Part shown: positions 56,758 to 64,000 of the stretch, one piece after another
Position numbering within the stretch: position 1 is the stretch's first letter
Layout: each line of letters opens with the position of its first letter
NCBI GenBank assembly: GCA_934168275.1
Contig: CAKPNA010000002.1
Coordinates: forward strand, 46,779 to 110,778
Length of the DNA stretch: 64,000 bases
Origin: an uncultured Bacilli bacterium
GTDB taxonomy: Bacteria; Bacillota_I; Bacilli_A; RF39; UBA660
Direction: 5' to 3'
Translations under genes and position numbers: made by a program
Notes under the pieces: generated by a model
Seen by the model: only the letters and a program-made list of their open reading frames with translations
The model's database searches: none
Told to the model about the DNA's origin: nothing

Positions 56758-57591
56758 CTACTTATTATTAATAAATTTTTGATAATTTTTATAACGAGAT
56801 GGTAATATTTCGTTTTTATTTAATAATTCAATAACATGACAGCCTTCTTCTTTAGTATGAAGACAATCACTATATTTACATAAATGAAGATTATTAAACA
56901 TTTCAGGCATATTATCTCTTATATCTAGTTTAGTCATATTAGTAAAATCTATTTGAGAAAATCCTGGGGTATCAACAATTAATGATGTACCTACTTGATA
57001 TAATTCAGTATGTCTTGTGGTGTGTTTTCCTCTATTTAGGGCATATGATATATCATTAGTTTGAAGATTTAGACTGCTATCCAATTTATTTAGTAGACTA
57101 GATTTCCCCGCCCCACTTTGACCAGCAAAGGCTACTATTTTATTTTGCATTAATTCTTTTAATTTATCTAGTTCTGTATTAGTTATAACGGTATAGCCAA
57201 TACTTTGATAATAACTAGTATATTTATCTATTTCTTGTAATTCAACGGGTGTTAATAGGTCTAGTTTAGTTAAACATATTATTGGTGTAATATTGTTATA
57301 AGATATAATTGTTAGTAATTTATCTAATAGATAAGTGTCAAAGTTAGGATTTTTAACACTAGTAACTACTAAGACAATATCAATATTAGCTACTTTAGGT
57401 CTTATTAATTCATTTTGACGTGGTAATATTTTTTCAATATAATTGTCTTTTTCATTAAAGAGTACTTTATCTCCTACTAAGGGAGTCATTTTTGAATATT
57501 TTATTTTACCACTACATTTACAGATATAATCTTGATTATTGGTTCTTACTGTATAGTCGTTACTGATATTTTTAACAATTATACCTTGCAT
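56758..57591 (-). CDS. rsgA: Ribosome small-subunit-dependent GTPase A
   Basis: Circularly permuted GTPase: 'AFAGQSGAGKSSLLN' G1 and a C-terminal zinc finger 'CKYSDCLHTKEEGC'. Confidence 0.85.
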   Translation of the reverse strand: MQGIIVKNISNDYTVRTNNQDYICKCSGKIKYSKMTPLVGDKVLFNEKDNYIEKILPRQNELIRPKVANIDIVLVVTSVKNPNFDTYLLDKLLTIISYNNITPIICLTKLDLLTPVELQEIDKYTSYYQSIGYTVITNTELDKLKELMQNKIVAFAGQSGAGKSSLLNKLDSSLNLQTNDISYALNRGKHTTRHTELYQVGTSLIVDTPGFSQIDFTNMTKLDIRDNMPEMFNNLHLCKYSDCLHTKEEGCHVIELLNKNEILPSRYKNYQKFINNK

Positions 57592-57600
57592 ATTACACTC

Positions 57601-59412
57601 CTATTCTGTACCGCTTCCACTACTACTACTACTACTGCTAGCAGGTTTTTCTTCTGGTAAGGCATCAGCAATTTTTACTTTAATACTTATTCCACTAATA
57701 ATAGGATCACCTATTCTTGATTGATAAGTTATTTTACTATTTTTTAATTCTTCGTACTTGTCTTGTGGTACTGCTTTATTGTTTTTATCTAAGACTGTTA
57801 TTAAAACATTATATTCTTTAACAAAGGCTATTACTTCTGATAGAGTCCATCCTTCTTCGACCATGTTAGGATACTCTTCAACGATGTTGGGAATATATAA
57901 AGTAATAGTATCACCTTTTTCTAATAGTTTCTTTTCTTCACTATTATACTTAGGATTTTGTTCTAAGATATGGTCTGTTTTATCTTTATAGTCATCTTTA
58001 TTTTCAACGTCTTTTCTTTCTATTAGAACGTTAATTCCTAATAATTCTAGTTTGGCTTTTACTTCTTTATAATCTAGGCCGGTATAGTCTTCTAGGTAAT
58101 GGAAGTCGCCACCACTTGATTTAACAACAGTTATAATTGTACCTTTTTTTCTTACTGTGCCAGCTTTAGGTAAGGTATTGATGACGTGACCTTCTTCAAC
58201 TTTATCACTTGATTCGGTTTCTATGACATAGTCAAAGCCTAGTTTTGTTAATTCATCTAGTGCTTCATTTATTTCTTTATTAGTTAAGTTAGGAACGCTT
58301 ATTTCTTTTACGTCACCAGTCATTAAAATAGTAAATACTATCACGCCAATAATGATTAAACTTAAGAAGACGCATGATAAGATTATTACTACTTTATTTT
58401 TCTTCTTTTCTGTTGGAGGTATAGTATCTTCATCTAGAAAATCAGATTTTATTTCAGTAGATATTTCTTCACCTGGTATTTCTTCTTTATTTACTATTGG
58501 TTTTTTTATTTTCTTGATGGGATTTAGTTTCTTAGCTTCGTCATTATTTTCTATTTCAGGATATTCAAAAGAATATTTTTCAACATCAGGATTATCTAAG
58601 CATTTTACTAAGTCTTCATGCATTTCCATCACAGAATCATATCTATTTCTTGGGTTTTTAGCTGCTGCTTTCATAACAATATTCTCAACACTTTGCGGAA
58701 TTGTTGGGTTCTGCTTTCTTAGGCTTGGCATTGGTTCTTTTAAATGCTTTAGGGCTATTTCAACAGCGTTATCACCTTTAAATGGAATAGTACCGGTTAG
58801 TAATTCATACATTAATATTCCTAATGAATAGATATCACTTTTTATAGTAGCTCCTTTACCACTAGCTTGTTCTGGTGGTAAGTAATGAACTGAGCCCATA
58901 ACTGAGTTAGTTTGGGTTAATTGGGTAGCATTTAGGGCCATGGCAATACCAAAATCAGTTATTTTTATTAAACCATTATCCATAATCATTATGTTTTGTG
59001 GTTTAATATCTCGGTGAATTATATAAGCCGCATGTGCATGAGCTAGTCCATCAGTTAATTGGGTCATAATGTCTACTACTTCTGGGACGGTTAGACTGCC
59101 TCTTTTCTTTAGTAATTGTTTTAAGGTCATACCATCGATATATTCCATAACTATATAGTGCTGACCATCTTCTTCTCCAACATCGTATACTTCAACAATA
59201 TTTGGGTGTGATAAATTGGATACAGATAAGGCTTCTCTTTGGAATCTTCTGATAAATTTATCATCATTTGATAAGTCTCCTCTTAATACTTTGATGGCGA
59301 CTTTACGATCTAATATTAAGTCATTAGCTAAATATACATTGGCCATACCACCTTCACCAATTGATTTAACAATCTCATAACGATCGTTAATTCTTTGCCC
59401 CTTTGATAACAT
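57601..59412 (-). CDS. prkC: Ser/Thr protein kinase with PASTA repeats (PrkC)
   Basis: Hanks kinase motifs ('VAIKVL', 'HRDIKPQN', 'DFGIA'), a TM helix, extracellular PASTA-type repeats and a C-terminal poly-Ser. Confidence 0.85.
   Translation of the reverse strand: MLSKGQRINDRYEIVKSIGEGGMANVYLANDLILDRKVAIKVLRGDLSNDDKFIRRFQREALSVSNLSHPNIVEVYDVGEEDGQHYIVMEYIDGMTLKQLLKKRGSLTVPEVVDIMTQLTDGLAHAHAAYIIHRDIKPQNIMIMDNGLIKITDFGIAMALNATQLTQTNSVMGSVHYLPPEQASGKGATIKSDIYSLGILMYELLTGTIPFKGDNAVEIALKHLKEPMPSLRKQNPTIPQSVENIVMKAAAKNPRNRYDSVMEMHEDLVKCLDNPDVEKYSFEYPEIENNDEAKKLNPIKKIKKPIVNKEEIPGEEISTEIKSDFLDEDTIPPTEKKKNKVVIILSCVFLSLIIIGVIVFTILMTGDVKEISVPNLTNKEINEALDELTKLGFDYVIETESSDKVEEGHVINTLPKAGTVRKKGTIITVVKSSGGDFHYLEDYTGLDYKEVKAKLELLGINVLIERKDVENKDDYKDKTDHILEQNPKYNSEEKKLLEKGDTITLYIPNIVEEYPNMVEEGWTLSEVIAFVKEYNVLITVLDKNNKAVPQDKYEELKNSKITYQSRIGDPIISGISIKVKIADALPEEKPASSSSSSSGSGTE
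57619..57636. repeat. (ACT)6 trinucleotide microsatellite encoding the C-terminal poly-Ser of PrkC
   Basis: actactactactactact, read directly from the sequence. Confidence 0.7.
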
Positions 59413-60155
59413 TATAAATCACCGCTTTCCTTCTTTAAATAAGCTATTGAAATGTTGTCAGTTCCTCCACGACTATTACTCTTTTTGATTAATTTTAATA
59501 CAGTATCTTCAATTGATTGGTCTTCATCATTTAAGGCTTTTTCTATTTGTTCAGCTGTTAACATATTAGTTAGACCATCACTACATAAGAATATTCCTTT
59601 TACTGATGTATCAACATCAAAGATATCTACTTCAATTGGGTTGTTAGCACCAAGTGCTCGCATTAAGACATTTTTACGAGGATGATATTTAGCTTCCTCT
59701 TCGGTTAATTCTCCGGTAGATACTAATAGATTAACTAGGGTATGGTCTTTAGTTACTTTATGAAGAGTACTATTTTTAATAACAAATCCTGAACTATCAC
59801 CAATATTACCAAATAAGATATAATCATCAGTTTTAATAGCCATAACTAGAGTTGTACCCATACCTTTACTATCGGGATTAGCATCAGTATATTCAAATAT
59901 TTTATTATTTATTTCTTGAACTACTGTTCTCATCCATTCAATGGCACTATCTTTATCTTTTAGAGATGACATTTTATAGAATGATTCTGTTAAGTGATTA
60001 ATAGCAATTGATGAAGCTATCTCACCGGCTTTATGTCCTCCCATACCATCAGCGACCGCTAATAGATATTCTTTATTTTCATTATTAATTATTGTTACAC
60101 TATCTTCGTTATGTGAACGAACTTTTCCTGGATCTGTATAATAAAATGTTTGCAT
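59412..60155 (-). CDS. PP2C-family Ser/Thr phosphatase (Stp/PrpC)
   Basis: 'AVADGMGGH', 'GTTL' and 'DGLT' PP2C motifs. Overlaps prkC by 1 nt. Confidence 0.85.
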   Translation of the reverse strand: MQTFYYTDPGKVRSHNEDSVTIINNENKEYLLAVADGMGGHKAGEIASSIAINHLTESFYKMSSLKDKDSAIEWMRTVVQEINNKIFEYTDANPDSKGMGTTLVMAIKTDDYILFGNIGDSSGFVIKNSTLHKVTKDHTLVNLLVSTGELTEEEAKYHPRKNVLMRALGANNPIEVDIFDVDTSVKGIFLCSDGLTNMLTAEQIEKALNDEDQSIEDTVLKLIKKSNSRGGTDNISIAYLKKESGDL

Positions 60156-60157
60156 AT

Positions 60158-61192
60158 TTAACCTCCTATTTTATTTTGGTTAGCGCGTAGTTGGCCACAG
60201 GCAGCATCTACTTTACCACCAAATTCACGTCTTATTGTTACGTTTATTCCACTTTTCTTAAGTATATCATAAAACTTCAATATTTGCACTTGTTTTGTTC
60301 GTTTGAAATCAATATTTTCGGTTTCATTATATGGAATTAAATTAACATAACAGTTTATTTCTTTAATTAAGTTTGCTAATTCTTTGGCATTTTCAGCACT
60401 ATCGTTTACTTTATCTAACATTATATATTCAAAAGTTATTCTTCTATTAGTCTTTTTTTCATATTCTTTAAGGATTTCCATTAGTTCTTCTAGTTTATAG
60501 GCTTTACTAATTGGCATAATCTTATTTCTAATTTCATCATTGGGAGCGTGTAAACTAATGGCTAGGTTTACTTGTCCTTGTTCATTCATGAATTTCTTGA
60601 TACCGGGAATGACACCACAAGTTGACACTGTTATGTGTCTAGTACCGATGGCAATTCCTTTAGGATGAGTTATTATTTTAATGAAATTCATGACATTATC
60701 GTAGTTGTCAAATGGTTCGCCGATTCCCATTACTACAACATGAGATATTCTTTGTTTAATGTCTTCTTCAATTAACAATATTTGTTCAACCATTTCGTAT
60801 GCTTCTAGATTTCTTACTTTTTTTAGTCGGCCACTTTCACAAAATTTACAGCCCATATTACATCCAACTTGTGATGAGACACATATACTAATACCATAAT
60901 CGTGATACATTAAGACAGATTCTATGGTTTGGCCATCTTGTAATTGGAATAGATATTTCTTTACTAAGTCATCTTCTTGTTTGTAAACTATTTTAATCAT
61001 ATCAAAGTTAAAGTCTTGTTTTAAATGTTCTTTAATGTTTTTACCAATATTATTCATTTCATCAAAACTTTTTACTCTTTTTTGATATAGAAATTCATAT
61101 ATTTGGGTTGCTCTAAATTTTTTATCATTGATAGATAGAAAATATGATTCTAAATCATTAAAGTTTATGCCATATATATTCATAAGTTTCAC
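60158..61192 (-). CDS. rlmN: 23S rRNA/tRNA m2A methyltransferase RlmN (radical SAM)
   Basis: 'CNMGCKFCESG' CxxxCxxC radical-SAM motif in the RlmN/Cfr family context. Upstream of stp-prkC as in Bacillus yloN. Confidence 0.85.
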   Translation of the reverse strand: MKLMNIYGINFNDLESYFLSINDKKFRATQIYEFLYQKRVKSFDEMNNIGKNIKEHLKQDFNFDMIKIVYKQEDDLVKKYLFQLQDGQTIESVLMYHDYGISICVSSQVGCNMGCKFCESGRLKKVRNLEAYEMVEQILLIEEDIKQRISHVVVMGIGEPFDNYDNVMNFIKIITHPKGIAIGTRHITVSTCGVIPGIKKFMNEQGQVNLAISLHAPNDEIRNKIMPISKAYKLEELMEILKEYEKKTNRRITFEYIMLDKVNDSAENAKELANLIKEINCYVNLIPYNETENIDFKRTKQVQILKFYDILKKSGINVTIRREFGGKVDAACGQLRANQNKIGG

Positions 61193-61268
61193 TTCCTAGT
61201 TATATATAGTATACCATTTATTATATAGAAAATAAATATTTTACGTTAAAAAAGAATAGGCTTTTGGC

Positions 61269-61820
61269 CTATTTATGTGTTTCTAGATATTCTTCTAGGG
61301 TTTTACCACTATTATATATGTCAATAGCTTGTAGTCCAATATATCTTAGATGCCATGGTTCATAGTTATATCCGGTAATGTCTTCTTTATTTTTAGGATA
61401 TCTTAATATAAACCCATATAATGGACATTTTTGATGAATAATTTGTAGTTCTTCTAAGTCTTCTAATTCATATTCGATATAGCATTTATCATCTTTGTAA
61501 AGACAAAAGTCAATGGCTAGGCCTGTTTGATGCTCTGAACTTCCTGGTTTGGCAATACTTTTAAAGGCATAGTTATATCCTTTCTCTAAAACTAATTTAT
61601 TATATATCTTTTCTTGATAGTTATAATCACGATAACCACTTTCTATATCAATACTAATGCCTTTACTTTGTAGATATTCTTGAAATTTAAGAAAATTATC
61701 ATAAGCTACTTTAGATAACATAACATTATCTTTATATTTACTATTTGTTTTAACTAGATCGTAGGGAACATAGTTCTTATCTAGTTTTTTATTTTTGTTT
61801 ACTAATAATATATTATTCAT
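61269..61820 (-). CDS. VanY-like M15 D-alanyl-D-alanine carboxypeptidase
   Basis: 'SEHQTGLAIDF' and 'EPWHLRY' zinc-ligand motifs of the M15B family. Confidence 0.7.
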   Translation of the reverse strand: MNNILLVNKNKKLDKNYVPYDLVKTNSKYKDNVMLSKVAYDNFLKFQEYLQSKGISIDIESGYRDYNYQEKIYNKLVLEKGYNYAFKSIAKPGSSEHQTGLAIDFCLYKDDKCYIEYELEDLEELQIIHQKCPLYGFILRYPKNKEDITGYNYEPWHLRYIGLQAIDIYNSGKTLEEYLETHK

Positions 61821-61837
61821 ACTATATTATATGCTTA

Positions 61838-63931
61838 TTATACTTTAGAGATACTTTTATGATTTTTCATTAATTTCTTAATACCATACGGATGTGGAAA
61901 AGCAACGGTAATAATTGATTTATCAACAGAGATAACTACTCCTTCGCCATATTCAGTATGCTTTATTATTTCTCCTTCAGTAAAATCAGTATTAGTATTA
62001 GTATACATTTTTTCTTTAATTATTTTAGATACTACTTTTATTGGTGGTGTTGTTTTATTTTCTTTTTCTAGATAGTTATCATCTATTTCTTCAATAAATC
62101 TACTTACGGGGTTAATTTGAGTATTACCAAATAGGGTTCTTTTTTTAGCATTTAGTAAGTATAGATTCTTTTTGGCACGGGTAATAGCTACATAACAAAG
62201 ACGTCTTTCTTCTTCAATAGCAGCCATACCACCTTCGTTGATTGCATTATAGTGAGGGAATATTCCTTCTTCCATGCCTATAACAAAGACATTATCAAAC
62301 TCTAGTCCTTTAACAGCATGCATAGTCATTAGGTTAACTTTATTAGTGCCATCTTGGTGCTCGGACATATCACTTACTAAAGATATTTCATTTAAGAAAT
62401 CATCTAGAGATATAACACCATTTTCTTCTTCATAACTCTTAGTTATTGATTTAAACTCCTCTAAGTTTTCTAATCTTATTTCACTTTCAAGAGTATGCTC
62501 CATTTTTAGTTCTTCACGCATACCGGTTTTATCTAATACTAAGTCAACTAATTCAGTTAGGGATAGACTAGCACTTTCTTTAATTAAGTCTTCAATTAAC
62601 TCTTTAAACTTTAGTTCTTTACCGGTACTGATAGCATCAAATAGTGGGATATTTCTTTCGGTGGCAATATCGTTAATACTTTCAATTGTTTTATCACCAA
62701 TACCTCTTTTAGGAACATTTATTACTCTAGTTAAACTAACATCATCTTTAGTATTATTAATAAGTCTTAAATAACATATTAAATCTTTTATTTCTTTACG
62801 ATTATAGAAATAGAAACTACCAACTATTTTATAGGGAATATTATTCTTTAACATTTCTTCTTCAATCAAACGAGATTGAGCATTAGTACGATAGATAATA
62901 GCAATATCTTCATAGTTAACGCCTTCTTTTTTCATCTTTAATATTTCACTAGATACATAGGCACATTCATCTTTATCAGTATCACTTCTTATATATTTAA
63001 TCTTACTGCCTTCTTCGTTATTACTCCATAAGTTTTTATCTTTACGCATTTTATTATGTTTAATAACACTGTTAGCAGCATTTAGAATAGTTTTTGTTGA
63101 ACGATAATTTTCCTCTAGCATAATAGTAATAGCATCAGGATAATCTTTTTCAAAGTTTAAGATGTTTTTGTAGTTAGCACCTCGAAAGGCATATATGGCT
63201 TGGTCATTATCCCCTACTACAAAGATGTTTTTATATTTAGCACATAGCATTTTACTAAAGATATATTGGGCTTCATTAGTATCTTGATATTCATCAATTA
63301 GAACATATTGATATTTATCTTGATAGTATTCTAAGACATGAGGATTTTCGTTAAATAATTTAATTGGTAGGATTAATAAATCATCAAAGTCAACAGAATT
63401 ATTTAATTTTAGTTTATCTTCATACTTTTTATATAATTCAACTATTTTAGAGTCGTATTCCATTTTACTAAAATTATTTGGGGTAATCATTTCATTTTTA
63501 GCACTACTTATTTTATTTCTAATATCTTTAGCATTATAATACTTAGGGTTTAAGTTCATATCTTTCATTAATTTTTTTACTACTGTTAGGGTATCATCAC
63601 TATCCAAGATAACAAAGTTACGATCATAACCTAGATATTTATAATTTTCTTTTAATAATTTAAGTCCTAAAGAGTGAAATGTTGATATTTGAATTAAGTA
63701 AGCGTCAGTACCTATTATCTTCTTTACTCTTTCTTGCATTTCTTTAGCGGCTTTGTTAGTAAATGTGATAGCTAAAATATTATCAGGAGATACTCCGTTT
63801 TCTATTAAGTAAGCTATTCTACTAGTTAATACTTTAGTCTTTCCTGAGCCTGCCCCGGCTAGAACTAGCATAGGGCCATTTATATGTTCAACAGCCTTTT
63901 TTTGATTTATATTTAGATTATTTAAGTTCAT
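61838..63931 (-). CDS. pcrA: ATP-dependent DNA helicase PcrA/UvrD family
   Basis: 'LVLAGAGSGKT' Walker A and the downstream SF1 helicase motifs ('VLIDEYQDTN', 'YRS'). Confidence 0.85.
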   Translation of the reverse strand: MNLNNLNINQKKAVEHINGPMLVLAGAGSGKTKVLTSRIAYLIENGVSPDNILAITFTNKAAKEMQERVKKIIGTDAYLIQISTFHSLGLKLLKENYKYLGYDRNFVILDSDDTLTVVKKLMKDMNLNPKYYNAKDIRNKISSAKNEMITPNNFSKMEYDSKIVELYKKYEDKLKLNNSVDFDDLLILPIKLFNENPHVLEYYQDKYQYVLIDEYQDTNEAQYIFSKMLCAKYKNIFVVGDNDQAIYAFRGANYKNILNFEKDYPDAITIMLEENYRSTKTILNAANSVIKHNKMRKDKNLWSNNEEGSKIKYIRSDTDKDECAYVSSEILKMKKEGVNYEDIAIIYRTNAQSRLIEEEMLKNNIPYKIVGSFYFYNRKEIKDLICYLRLINNTKDDVSLTRVINVPKRGIGDKTIESINDIATERNIPLFDAISTGKELKFKELIEDLIKESASLSLTELVDLVLDKTGMREELKMEHTLESEIRLENLEEFKSITKSYEEENGVISLDDFLNEISLVSDMSEHQDGTNKVNLMTMHAVKGLEFDNVFVIGMEEGIFPHYNAINEGGMAAIEEERRLCYVAITRAKKNLYLLNAKKRTLFGNTQINPVSRFIEEIDDNYLEKENKTTPPIKVVSKIIKEKMYTNTNTDFTEGEIIKHTEYGEGVVISVDKSIITVAFPHPYGIKKLMKNHKSISKV

Positions 63932-64000
63932 CTATACCACTCTCCTAACTAATTGTATCATATAAATATCAATAATGGTTAATAATTAATGTTTAGTTAA

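Noticed and set aside
1-64000. CRISPR arrays, tRNA/rRNA genes, IS elements/transposases, reverse transcriptases.
   Set aside because: No regularly spaced direct repeats with unique spacers, no tRNA-like or rRNA-like GC-rich structured segments, and no transposase-like ORFs were seen. The only mobile-element signature is the truncated serine recombinase.

Overview
The window is chromosomal DNA from a very AT-rich, low-GC Firmicute that is probably a spore-former. Evidence for this: PolC-type DNA polymerase III, the dacB-spmA-spmB sporulation operon, a PASTA kinase PrkC, and the conserved rlmN-stp-prkC-rsgA-rpe block. Almost every gene is on the minus strand. Contents from low to high coordinates: (i) A ~21 kb capsular/exopolysaccharide locus at 1214..20907 with an unusual layout. 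The cpsA(LCP)/fused cpsCD/cpsB/XRE regulatory genes sit at the 3' end. A Wzx/Wzy-dependent block carries two pyruvyl transferases, an FrhB-like Fe-S protein and a MenD-like TPP enzyme with an SDR. The initiating sugar transferase is separated by a 540 bp non-coding gap. A truncated serine-recombinase gene and a DUF4143 AAA ATPase are inserted between the regulatory genes and the biosynthetic block, and the ATPase is flanked by identical 33-bp palindromes. (ii) A tiny lipoprotein plus a membrane protein, then a second DUF4143 ATPase paralog. (iii) ftsEX, two YitT-family genes, and prfB with its programmed +1 frameshift. (iv) A GC-richer gene for a Cys-rich, eukaryote-like (GCC2_GCC3/VSP-like) repetitive surface protein. 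(v) mutM, polA, a small ORF and a BspA-type LRR protein preceded by twin 24-bp palindromes. (vi) polC. (vii) A deaminase, a DUF4186-like protein, an MBL hydrolase and clpP. (viii) An HTH_XRE-ImmA/IrrE fusion overlapping a PIN-like (DUF4411-like) gene, a candidate toxin-antitoxin or abortive-infection module. (ix) A CDP-alcohol phosphatidyltransferase, a class B sortase and a TasA/camelysin-like protein with a SipW-type signal peptide. (x) A cell-envelope glycopolymer module: processive GT2, a small membrane ORF, GtrA-like, GtrB-like and LtaS-like genes. (xi) spmAB-dacB, clpC, rpe, rsgA, prkC, stp, rlmN, a VanY-like peptidase and pcrA. No rRNA, tRNA, CRISPR array or intact transposase was seen.
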